DNA from: Cirrosporium novae-zelandiae | Taxonomy: Eukaryota | Length of the DNA stretch: 49,603 nucleotides | NCBI GenBank assembly: GCA_026023565.1 | Contig: JAPETS010000060.1 | Coordinates: 62,001 to 111,603, forward strand | Direction of reading: 5' to 3' | Part shown: piece after piece, positions 25,599 through 37,015 of the stretch | Layout: each line of letters opens with the position of its first letter | How positions within the stretch are numbered: position 1 is the stretch's first letter | The notes under the pieces: model-generated | The model's database searches: none | Told to the model about the DNA's origin: nothing | Seen by the model: the letters and a program-made list of their open reading frames with translations, nothing else | Made by a program: the position numbers and the translations under genes

Positions 25599-26442
25599 TC
25601 AAACCGAGACCTTCTTTCCATATGTAGAGAAAAAGTTACATGGAACCAGATTCGCCTTTCCCGTCTCCGCGCTGAACACATGACACCCATCTCGAGCAGC
25701 GTTTGGGGGAGTATACAAATGAAGGGATACCGCAAACTCGTTGGGGTCTAGGTTTGTGATCTTATGCAAGCCGATCTATTCAACTAATCAGTCAGGGTCC
25801 TTACATCCAAGTTCATGCCAACGTAAGCACTAACCTTATCGGAGATGTAAGTCACCTCGTTCTCATGGTACATGGTTTGCTTCTGGATCTCAGGGGGTGC
25901 TTCTCTCCCAGCCTTAACAAGATCCTGGTCCGGCCAGGAATATCGTGTTTCTTGTAAACTACCTTTGAGGATCTGCCATTACAAGCGGCCATCAGAATGA
26001 GTTACAGTCAACAGAAGCATCATGAACAAACTTGCCTTCATCACGCAATGAGCATTGGCATGGTCGTGGATCAAACTACTCTTGCCGGGTGTCCAAACAA
26101 GGATCAGCTAAGGGTGACCTGTTAGTGTTGCAGCAAGAAAAACCTTCTAGGGAGATAATATCTGTTTGAACGACTCACCAAATTGCTCTTTCCGTTGCCT
26201 TCATCGACCAGATTCCTAGTATATCCCCTACTGCTATCGGACAGGGCATATTTGGACCATTCTGCGGGATTAGAATCGTAGTGCCTCATGAGGTCCTTCA
26301 GTTCTTCAACGTCGACATCATCGGAATCAATTCCAGAACATGGTCCAAGCTTGCGGCTGAGATCTTCCACCAGTTTATGAAAAGCACTGTCGCGGTTCAC
26401 GGAAGGCTGGACGAGCTTTTCTTGCGTCATGGTCGTTGACAT
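25599..26442 (-). CDS. CDO1: Cysteine dioxygenase type I
   Basis: Four exons: [15 protein letters not shown] | [24 protein letters not shown] | [18 protein letters not shown] | [18 protein letters not shown]. The three His ligands and the Cys/Tyr crosslink residues are present. Confidence 0.95.
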
Positions 26443-27226
26443 ATTAATATGGAGTGGGGTGGGCGTTAATTGTTTGGATTGATAAGTGGAGAGTGGGATT
26501 GTTGATGGAAAGAAACGTTTAAAAGAGGTGAGCTGTGTCTATTTATATTCTCTCGTCACAGAAAAAGCAACCGATGTGACTTGATGCAATCGATGATAGC
26601 AATTGCATTTGAATTTGTTATTCCGTTGTTGGTTTAGGAGCAGGAGTGAGGGTACGACTACTTTGGTAGCCACGTAACTATGAGTGCTCTGAAGTTCAGT
26701 CGTGCTCATTATTTCACCTCCCATCTGACCTTCACCGTAAGATAGGTTAGAGGAGAGAGGGTAATTAGTTATTCCAGATATCGCTTATCCACGGCATCCC
26801 ATCACGATTGCTAGTCGGCAGGGAGAGCTCTTGAAAAATAAGTTTGGTGGGAGTAGCTAAGATTGTGGAGAATAGCTATCACCTTGCTGTAGAATGAGAA
26901 GTTAAATTAAGATAGAATTTAATATTTATATTTACATGTGTCTGAGTAGAAGAAACTTGGAAGACCTTTGGTCTAGGTACTGGTCCATGGCATCTTCTAG
27001 GGCCTGACAATCGTTATTCTGTCATTTGAAGGAACGTGGAGCTTAAATTCCGGAGAAACCAATTCTCCATTTCAAACCCCCACAATTTTATCATTATCTT
27101 AGTACCACTCCCACACCAAAAGTTCAGCCTTCACCTCGAACGCCAGTACTATTGTGTTTCTCTCTTTGACTAGTGTTATTTTACATCTAATACAAAAGTT
27201 CAAGCTGACTAGGATCGTATCTAAAC

Positions 27227-28883
27227 ATGGCGACAACGGTGGACAAGGTAAGTTGGAAATTTCGTTCTTGGATAAGTGGACTATTAATGATGTCAAAATA
27301 GATCAAGGAAATCGAGACCGAAGTATATCACCACCAGCCGCCGCTTTTGTTCTAGATATTAAATAATTTCTTAGATGGCCAGGACCCAGAAAAATAAAGC
27401 AACCTCCTATCATCTCGGTATTCCGCTACCATCGTTGAAGATTTGTTGATCATGTTCTTACACACAAATAGGACAGCTAAAGGCCAAGCTTGCGAAGCTG
27501 AAAAGAGAGCTATTGACTCCGACCGGTGGTGGCGGTGGTGGTGGATGTACGTTGGACCAATATACTGAATAGAGAAATAGAACTGAATATAAATTACAGC
27601 TGGTTTCGATGTTGCTAGGACTGGTGTAGCCAGCGTGTAAGTGCTTGCTTTTGTCTACATATTATGAGTCGCTAATATTTGATAGCGGCTTTATCGGATT
27701 TCCTTCCGTGGGCAAGAGTACACTGATGAGTAGATTAACTGGCCAACATTCTGAAGGTTTGTCCTCGATGATATAAGTGTTGACCTATCTGACGTCTAGA
27801 AAGTGGCTGCCTATGAATTTACGACCTTGACCACTGTACCTGGCCAGGTTGCTTATAATGGTGCCAAAATACAGATGCTTGATCTTCCTGGTATCATTCA
27901 AGGTGCCAAAGATGGTAAAGGTCGAGGCCGCCAAGTTATTGCAGTCGCCAAAACATGCCATTTGATCTTCATCGTACTCGACGTCAACAAGCCATTGACC
28001 GATAAAAGAGTTATAGAGGCCGAATTGGAGGGTTTTGGGATTCGCATTAATAAGTCCCCACCAAATATCGTGTTCAAGAAAAAAGACAAAGGGGGCATCA
28101 ATATCACCAGCACCGTTCCGTTATCGCATATTGACCATGATGTTAGTATATCGCGAGAAGCTATCGGCCTGCTCTGACCCAGTTATAGGAAATCCGGGCG
28201 GTTATGAGCGAATACAGAATCGTTTCGGCTGATATCGCTATTCGATGCGATGCGACGATTGATGATCTTATTGACGTCCTAGAAGCAAAGAGTAGAAGTT
28301 ATATCCCTGTTATATATGCGCTCAACAAAATCGACGCTATCTCGATTGAAGAGCTGGACTTGCTTTACCGCATACCCAATGCTTGTCCAATTAGCTCGGA
28401 ACATGGCTGGAATGTCGACGAACTTCTCGAACAGATGTGGGAAAAGTTAAACCTGCGCCGAATATACACCAAACCCAAAGGAAAACTTCCCGATTATACG
28501 GCCCCGGTGGTATTGAGGAGTACGGCATGCACGGTGGAAGATTTTGTGAGTCACCAACCCATTACACCTAGGAGCGAGCCATGGCCGTCACAAGAGCACA
28601 GGTCAATCGGGCATCATTCGCGACGGCTGTGGCTCTTTACTAATGATGTCAATTCATGCATCATGCGGAGAAATCCTGCTGACTTGAAAAGTGCAATTCT
28701 ATCCACAAAACGATTGTGGAGCAATTCAAACAGGCGATTGTCTATGGACGATCGGTCAAGCACCAGCCGCAAAGAGTTGGACTCAACCATGAGCTTGCTG
28801 ACGAGGACATCAGTTTGTTCCCTCGTGTCTCCGTCTTGGATCGTCATACTGATGTTGGTATAGTCACAATCATCAAACGATAA
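27227..28883 (+). CDS. RBG1: DRG-family GTPase (RBG1/DRG1)
   Basis: About 10 short exons: [75 protein letters not shown] domain ending DEDIITIIKR*. Confidence 0.96.
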
Positions 28884-29479
28884 TGGAATCCAAGCAACTC
28901 GCAATCCCCTCGCGTCAGCTGGTCACTTGGTTTGCATTGGGCAGTAACACTGTACCCGAAACATAAAGAACTGCAGGTACTATGCAATAGTCCGATTACA
29001 GGCGGACTCGACACTCGATATCGGAGCTTCCGAGTCCATCTGCACCAATGCGACAGTACTATTATGCGATGCAGCCACTCAAAAAATGTCTGTTGGAAGC
29101 AGATTAACGGTGTAACGACAAGGAGGGATTCAATGACGGGTGAGGAAGATGTTTGGGAGGTTTGAGCAGCTTGATGCTTTTTCCCGAACATCGGATCATG
29201 ACTTCGCTTTTGGTCAAAACGAGGAGTCGAAGGAACAAGAGTGCAAACTTATGAATGGATGACCCGAGGGATTGGAACGACGTGGGATGGATGGTTACGG
29301 TCCATGGAGACAATGATTGATAATGCAATTATTATTATTATTATTATTTATTTTTTGAAAAATGAACCGCTTTTACCAATGGGGGGGTTTTTTTTTTAGT
29401 TTGGACAAGAATCGGCAGAACTAAGCAGTAATGAATTAGTTTTTCAACAGCAGAACAGGGCACACAGCATGAGACTTGT

Positions 29480-29530
29480 AAGTACCAAGTACCGTAAGTA
29501 CCGTAAGTACCGTAACTACTGTAACTACTT
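29480..29530. repeat. 9-bp tandem repeat (AAGTACCGT-like)
   Basis: aagtaccaagtaccgtaagtaccgtaagtaccgtaactactgtaactac seen directly. Confidence 0.85.
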
Positions 29531-31918
29531 CAGGAGTGGAGAGGGGGCGGGGATTAATGAATGACAGAATTAGGTCGGGGGTGGCTGGGGCCTTTTTGAA
29601 GGCCGAGTTGAACGAGTTGAACGAAAAGAAAGCGGAATTAAGTTGCGATAAGCAGTCAACGGTCCTGTCGGTAACAAAACCCGTCCGGTCAAGATGAATG
29701 AAGGAATAAATGAATGGATGGATGAATGAATGAAATAAAATGAGGCTACGACCTAAATTTCCCCTCTTGTCCTTTGTGAAAAATAACATGAAGATCTTAC
29801 GTGTTGGTTGGGCGCTTAGTAGCATGAGTCCATTGCACACATGATTGAAGAAAAAAAAAATCAAGAAATTTACAGGACAACCAAGTCCCTAAGGTATTGT
29901 CAAGGGAGTTCCTTTATCTCCGTTGCTCTTTCACTCTGATGCGAGTGACGGACACGGGTCTTTTTTTTGTCATGATTCTTTAATTCTTGAGTTGGCCATG
30001 ACCGGGTTATACCTGCCGGGGAAGATATTCTTGATTCTCCAAAGTTCAAGCCCAAGCCGAGGCCCCCCCCCTCCCTCCAGGAAAATAGTCAACTAAGATT
30101 GTGCGGCATTTGATCTCCATTGTAGATGAATCCTGGTTTGCTGCTTTGACAAATTGATGGATCAGATCATTAGAGTTGGATCGAAGGGATAGAAGGACGA
30201 AAGGAAACCCTCGTCCCCTCGTCCCCTCATCTCATCCCCCCTCATGCCCCTCCCTTTTTGTTTTTTTCCAAGTTGGTGAAGCAAAAAGACTAAAAGGGCT
30301 GGCTGAAGTGCCGTGAAGATTCTCACCGAGAAGGAGATTTTGGAGGGGAGGTTCAGGTAAAGCGGGTCCCTCGTGGCTCCCGGTTCCTGAGCAAGATGGA
30401 TAGCGGTGGCTGGGCACCAAAACCATGTCATGTAAGCGTTGGGAGTGAACCAGGGACAACCATGTGCCAACTGCAGATTTGGTGACACTTCGGACGCGTG
30501 AGGCGATCGACCCGAAAATATCATTTGATTTGATTTGATATGATTTGATTTAACAATTGGAGGGAAGAAAAGTGGAGGAGGTGGACGGGGTGTATCTTGG
30601 GGAATGGGATGGGAACAATGGAAAACAATTTGATTCAATCGACCCAGTTATCCGTGGACGAGGAGGCGAGTCTAGACGAATTTGGAGGAGATAGGAGAGC
30701 TTTTCGGCGATTTTATTATTCTGATTAAATTATTCCATTCTGCTGATTGGATGGGTTTTGGAGACAGGTAGAGAAATCCCAAGAACGAATTATCGCGAAT
30801 GGTACTGGGACTGGTACTGGGACTCCTCCTTTGGCTCCGATTCCTACGACTACGACTACGACTCCGACAACTAGTTGAAAGGATGAGAAATTATAAGACA
30901 AAAACCATCCATCAATCATGATGATAATAATAGCTCGATTTTGATTTGATTTTGGTTAAGAGATAAAGTTTAGGACGATAAAGGACCTGAGGAGAGAATC
31001 AATGGTGGCTAATCAAGACATGGTGGATAAGGGACGCTGAGGCAGTAGGTTGGAGTAGACTCCTCAGCTAAATTCTACTAAAAAGGATATAACAGAGACA
31101 ATGCGGGCCCGTTCACTCGATAACTTAACTATCTAGGCATTTAGTTTATCATCTCGGGACGGTCCTTTTTTGCTGAAAGTTTGAGTTTGTTGTGCTGACC
31201 AGTCTGAGCCTTGATGCTTTGTTTGACGGTGGGATTGGTTCAATAGCCTCACGTGAAGCGTATCCAGTGATCTAATGAGAGTGAGGAGAATAATCAATCA
31301 ATCATCAAACAATGAACTAAGCGATGAATGGGTTGATGGATGAGATGATACGAGCGATGTAAATATCACATCGTCATGTTCCATGAAGGTTCTTGAAAGC
31401 TTCCAGGGCTGATGGATCACCTTGGATCTTGCAGGATAGATAATTCGACCGATGAATGGATTTGATATTTCAACAGTGTTCATCAAAAATTAAATTAGAA
31501 AAGGAAGGAACCCCGAAAATGGTAATTGTTATCTCTTTTTTTTTCGCCTTCTTTTCTTTTTTTTTTAAGGCTGTTTGTTGGATGACTTTGACGATGGGCT
31601 GACTTAGCTGTTGATCTAATCATGATAATTACCAGGATTACCAAAGGGCTATATGACCCAGGACATATGTACCAGGAATACCTGACTATCTGATTACCAG
31701 ACTACCACAGTGAACAAAAACTCTCCTTCATTTTAAAACCATACTAAATGTCTAGTCAATAGCACCGTCTGTCCTTAGTCTTTCACAAGACCCAGAGTTT
31801 AGACATGCTCTCCTCCTCTAACATTTCTCAAAATACCTCCCCAAAGAACCACAAATACTAACAAAAACAATTTCAATACTTTGTGACAATACTCGGTTAC
31901 CAGTACCAACGAATACCG

Positions 31919-31968
31919 TACCACAACATACCACAACGTACTACAACGTACCACAACGTACCACAACG
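31919..31968. repeat. 10-bp tandem repeat (TACCACAACG, ~5 copies)
   Basis: taccacaacataccacaacgtactacaacgtaccacaacgtaccacaacg seen directly. Confidence 0.9.
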
Positions 31969-32843
31969 CCGAAAGAACACCTTTTACCTGATTACAACCC
32001 ATTACAACCTCCAATGTACTCCCAAATCTAACTCCAAGTACTCGTTTCGTCTTCCTTCTGCGCCCCAACTCTTTGCAAACTTCCCGTATTGGTCTCCTTC
32101 CTAGCTTTTTAACACTCATTAGTTCCATACGGGGATTGCCCTAGAGATGGCTCTGTCGTCCTTCTCCCAGCTTTCTTCATCCCATCCAACAACATTAGGT
32201 CTTCCACATCCTGACCTGAAGGCTACTCCTCACAATCCTGGTATAACCCAATCCCCCCCCCCCCCAAAGTCCCATTATTACTGTCCATTAACTATCCATT
32301 AACTATCCATTACCTCAACTCCCTTTAATTACAACCCACTTACCCTGAACTACCAAAACTACCCTGACGACCCCCCCCAAATACCCGCCTAAAATGGAAC
32401 GCTATGGCAGGCAAGCCATTTTCAGCCAGGCAAGCCATCAAATGCAATCTGCTCCATCCCCCCGACACTATCCTAGACCCCCCCAGGGTACGACCACGGT
32501 ACCTAAAGGGTAGCTCTCCGCACTTCTGCTGCAGAATGACCTTTGCCGCCTGCTCCGTGCTTCTAAAGCTGTGTGTACACAAGCTGCAAGCTATTTACTT
32601 TTGATATTACTTTTCTTTCGACTGGCCTTGCCTGCTCTAGGCTCCAGTTCCTCCACCGTCTCAGCCAGCGCATTTTATCTCTTGTCATGCTTGTTGTTGG
32701 GAACATTTAGTCAGGTACAAGCCATTGCTGTCGCGGCCGTTGGACATTGCAGATCCGACCTTTCGTCGTTGCGACCAGCTTTGTTATACATCATATAACC
32801 ATTTTTTTCAGATGAATTTATCCGCCTCTGTAACCACACCAGC

Positions 32844-34821
32844 ATGAATCCGTCAGAGATGGATCATGGTCATCAGGAGGAGGATTATGGCCATCATCAG
32901 TGGACCGATATAGGTGGATATCAATCTTCGCAACATCCGTCACCGTTGCATGAATATAATGCTTATGGCGGCTTCATACCAACTCCGCCGAATCCATTGT
33001 CCATGGGTTCCATGTATGATCGCACCATTCCGCCTCCCTATGTTCCTCCGCAATTGGTGATGCCCATTTCCCAATGGCCGAGTATGATGAATCCCACTGC
33101 AACATATCCTCCACCAATTTTGCCAGCGACCCCAGTATCCGCCCCAATTTCCACCCCAGCATCTGCCTCCACCACCACCACCAACCATTCCTTGCCCACC
33201 CCGACCCCGCGACGGACCCTGACCGATATGGACCGACGTCGAATGTGTCAATATCATGAGGACAATCCGACCGTCAAGCAGACAGAAATCGGAGGCAAGT
33301 TGAACCGTACTTCTTTCTTTCTTCTTCTCAAGCTAAGGAATTTACAGCCATGTTCGGAGTTGAAAGAAGGTACTTGGAGAGCGCAGGGTTCGGAGACGCG
33401 GGTTTACCGTTCTGCAACTGACGAAATTTTTCTCTAGTACGGTTTCCAAAGTCCTCCGCCAAAAAGAGAAATATCTTTTTCCTGATGATGGAAGCCGATC
33501 TCCCATCAAAGGCAGATCAAAAGGCAAATCGCCGGACATTGAAAGAGCTCTATCAAATTGGGCGCGTAATCAGCAGAAGCAAGGTCTTCCGGTAACCGAT
33601 CATGCTATCCGGGAAAAAGCCCGCTTCTTTGCGTCCAATGTGAGCAACTCTGAAACCCATCTAAAAATCACCAGCAGTGCTTGGCTGGAGAAATTCAAGC
33701 AGAAAAACAATCTCAGCGCAAAATCGCGCAAAGGATCTGTGGTTTCGGTGATTGTGGATGAAGATAGCGATAGGAAATCCAACTCCAACCCGGCATCAGC
33801 CACCCAGACTCCGAATGGAATTTCGCCGGTATCACCGGCTCCTGCCATTTCACCGTCGCCTAGATCTCCCCCACCAACCATCCAAGAAGGCTGTTTTATC
33901 AAACACGAATCCCCTTCATCGATGATTGATTTTTCCAATCCATATGGCCACAGCCACTCTCAAAGTAGCGCCTCGGTCACCAGCGCATTTTCCGATGCCC
34001 CAACACTTCCAAACCAGGGGCCCACAAGTCCCACTTCCCCCTTCTTTTCGCCTGATCCGTCAGTATCAGCAAGCCCATTTACAACAAATGCTCGTCTTCC
34101 ACCGCTCAGCTCTAATTCCATCCGTCCCCGGAGTCAAACGTTTCCGATTATTGGAGGAGTGGAGCAGCCCATGCCGCAGATGCTTTCTCCGCCCACGTCA
34201 TCCGACACCATGTCCTCCAACAAACTCCTACAAACCTCGCTTTCCACGCCGGTCTTGGAATCGCCGCTGGAAGACGAAGCGGCAGCCTCCCAGATGTCTA
34301 CTCTGCTATCAATTTCCCCGCACCAAACCCTGAAACGCAACCATAGCTCCCCAAACGTATCCACCAACACAGTTCCAACAAAGAACATGCGTCCCCCGCC
34401 ACCGCCCCCATCAGCACCCCCCACGCTTTCTCAATCCAGCACCACACCCACCAGATCTAGTACCACAACACCAACACTAGGTCTCGGGATTGGGCTGCAG
34501 CAACCCCACACCCCGACGCAGGACGAGGCACGACGAGCCCTGGAAACCATCATGGCGTTTTTCCAACAGCACCAAAGTAAAATGATGGTAGAACCCCAGG
34601 AGTTTGTTACCATCGGCAAGCTCATGCAGAAGCTGGAGCTTGTTTCGCCGTCCAGTACCGGGGGAAGCAATCTGCCTGGCGGTCTGCATCGGATTGATGA
34701 ACAGGTCGTTGGGGGAGAGGAGATGGGCATGACTGGGATTGAAGAGATGGAAGGCATTATGGATGCCATGAACGGGGAAGAGCGCAGGGGCCGGAAGAAG
34801 AGGAGTATTTGTTCCGTATGA
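32844..34821 (+). CDS. CENP-B/Tc5-type double-HTH DNA-binding protein, no DDE domain; probable transcription regulator
   Basis: Exons 32844-33294, 33348-33369 and 33438-34821. PRRTLTDMDRRRMCQYHEDNPTVKQTEIGAMFGVERSTVSKVLRQKEKYL..PDIERALSNW..IREKARFFA..SSAWLEKFKQKNNL, then a Ser/Pro-rich tail. Confidence 0.9.
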
Positions 34822-36559
34822 CGCCGCAGAGGACGTCAACTTTTTTTCTAACCGTCATCATTCCGGAGTAAGAGTTTTCGATTCGTTTTGAAGGAGCCAC
34901 AGGGGTTTTTCCTTTTTTTCTTCACATCCAAATTCACAGATACGACAGAACCAGACTTTCAGAAGACCAGATCCAAATTCCAGATTTGGGTCTGGTGATT
35001 ATGTATGACTCTTTTCATCAGGCGCAAGTACCGTGCGGTGCGGCATGAATTTATTCTATCACTTTGGATAATGGTTGTGGCATGCATACCTCCATCGTCT
35101 ACCGTGCTGAACACTCGCTCAAGCTGTCAATGGAATCTAAAGCAAATCGAAACGAATGAAGCGAAATGGACATTCCTTTGGACGTGCGCGCGCTTATACA
35201 TATACACATCCATGCATACATAAATACGTTCTGCGGTACATAACGACTGCATCCATCCATTTTTATCCCATAGAATCTATGGAATCTCGACTGGCCGGCC
35301 GATACTTGATGATACGACCACAATGGCGCCTTAAGAAGGAAAGGAGAACCAGGACATGGACATGGGCGAAACGAAAGACAGAATGGAAGGAAGGACAGAA
35401 ACGGACAAACAGTACTTGAACAGAAGGATTGGATATGGGAAAATCTTTTCATTTCATTTCATCTTTCATACGGTCTAATTTCCCCATTTCACCCAGCTCC
35501 AAACAAAAAAATCAGACCAGATCAGACGGAGAGATATATACTATCGATCTATCTATCCATGCTGCAAAGCATCCATCCATCCCCCCTCTTCATCCATCTC
35601 TCCTCAATCCTCATACTCATCTATCCTCGATCAGCCTAGCGACACCGTGACCAGCGATACATAAGTGTGCATACATAACGGATACACATACCCGAGCCTC
35701 GCGGCTCCAAAAACTTTTTTTAATGGCATTGTCTTTATTGCGCGATTTTTATGATGTCCTCTTTCTCATCTTCTTGACGCTTTTTTTTTCGAGTTTCGAG
35801 TTCTTTTTTGTGGGTGTAGGTGTGTGTGAATGTAAAAAACCTGAGTTTACACTCACTCGATCCACCCATCCCACCCACAACCACACCAACCCCATCTCTC
35901 CTCTCTCCTTTCTCCTTTCTCCCCCACCCCACTCTTTTTCCGTACAGGAAAAGAACCCCAACCCCCTCAAAACCTAACGCTCAAAACTCCCAGACAGAAA
36001 AAAGAAAAAAGAAAAAAAAGGGACACCTCGACGAAACAAAAAAACAAAAAAAACCCTCCTCTAATCTTTTCCCCCTATATCTACTTTTTTTTTCCTTTTT
36101 CTTCAAGGGGGCAGCGGCCAGGATCGGCCTGTCAGAGGCATATATATATATATATATATGTATGTATGTGACTTATGTTGCTGTGGGGGATATGATCTCT
36201 TAGCTTAATAATCTTTCATTTTTCTGATTTTCTGATTTCCTCATAGCGATAGCGACATAAGCGACCAGCACGCCCAATCGTTCATCCCATGTATTTTTTT
36301 TTCTTTTCTCCTTTCCCGTCGCAGCTATACATACCACCAACCCCCCACTTTTATCTCCTTCTTCCTCCCTTTCTTTCATGCAACCAATATCAAATTCTGG
36401 GCGGCAAATGTCAAATCAGTCTAATTAAGCGACAGGCAAGGGCGGCATTTTGTGGGAAATTGTTTTTTTTTCCTGTTGGGTTTCTGTTGATTTGACTTCG
36501 GGTCTGGAATTGGTTTTGTAACGGAACTTTGATTTTTGATGACACCGAGAGAGAGAGAT

Positions 36560-36700
36560 AGTCGAATGCAGTTGAATTGAATGCAGTTGATTTGGATACG
36601 ATTGAGTTGAACTGAATGAATACTACTGGATACGATTGAACGATTGAACGATTGAACGAACGAATGAATGAACGAACGAATGAATGAATGAATGAATAAC
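36560..36700. repeat. Compound microsatellite (GAAT/GAAC/GATTGAAC units)
   Basis: gattgaacgattgaacgattgaacgaacgaatgaatgaacgaacgaatgaatgaatgaatgaat seen directly. Confidence 0.85.
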
Positions 36701-37015
36701 TGCAATCGGGTTGATGCAATATGAATAAGTAAAATGCAGTGGATTGAAATTTCTAACCTAACGAACGCTGGGGTTTATGTTTATGTCTTGAGTAGCTCAG
36801 CTTGGCTTGTGGGTATTCTCTCTTTTCTCTTTTCTTGACAGGGTTATACCACACATGCACACATGCATGCAATATTATTCCACGTGAGTACGGAAATTGA
36901 TATTTAAAAACAACAACAACTTGGATTTGAATTTGAATTTGGGATATCTCATTTCATTTTACTCGTCTTCTTTCCCTCCCCTTCCCTCCCCAACCTACTT
37001 CTCCAGAAAAAAACA

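Noticed and set aside
28641..28682. C/D-box snoRNA (ATGATG...CTGA) in the RBG1 intron
   Set aside because: The boxes are only ~35 nt apart, box C is imperfect, and CTGA belongs to the branch site.
29436..32128. ORF-track calls in the long intergenic region; CRISPR-like reading of its tandem repeats
   Set aside because: The ORFs are low-complexity translations, and the repeats have no spacers and sit in eukaryotic DNA.
32844..34821. Active pogo/Tc5 transposon
   Set aside because: No DDE domain, TIRs or target duplication; it has introns and a regulator-like low-complexity tail.
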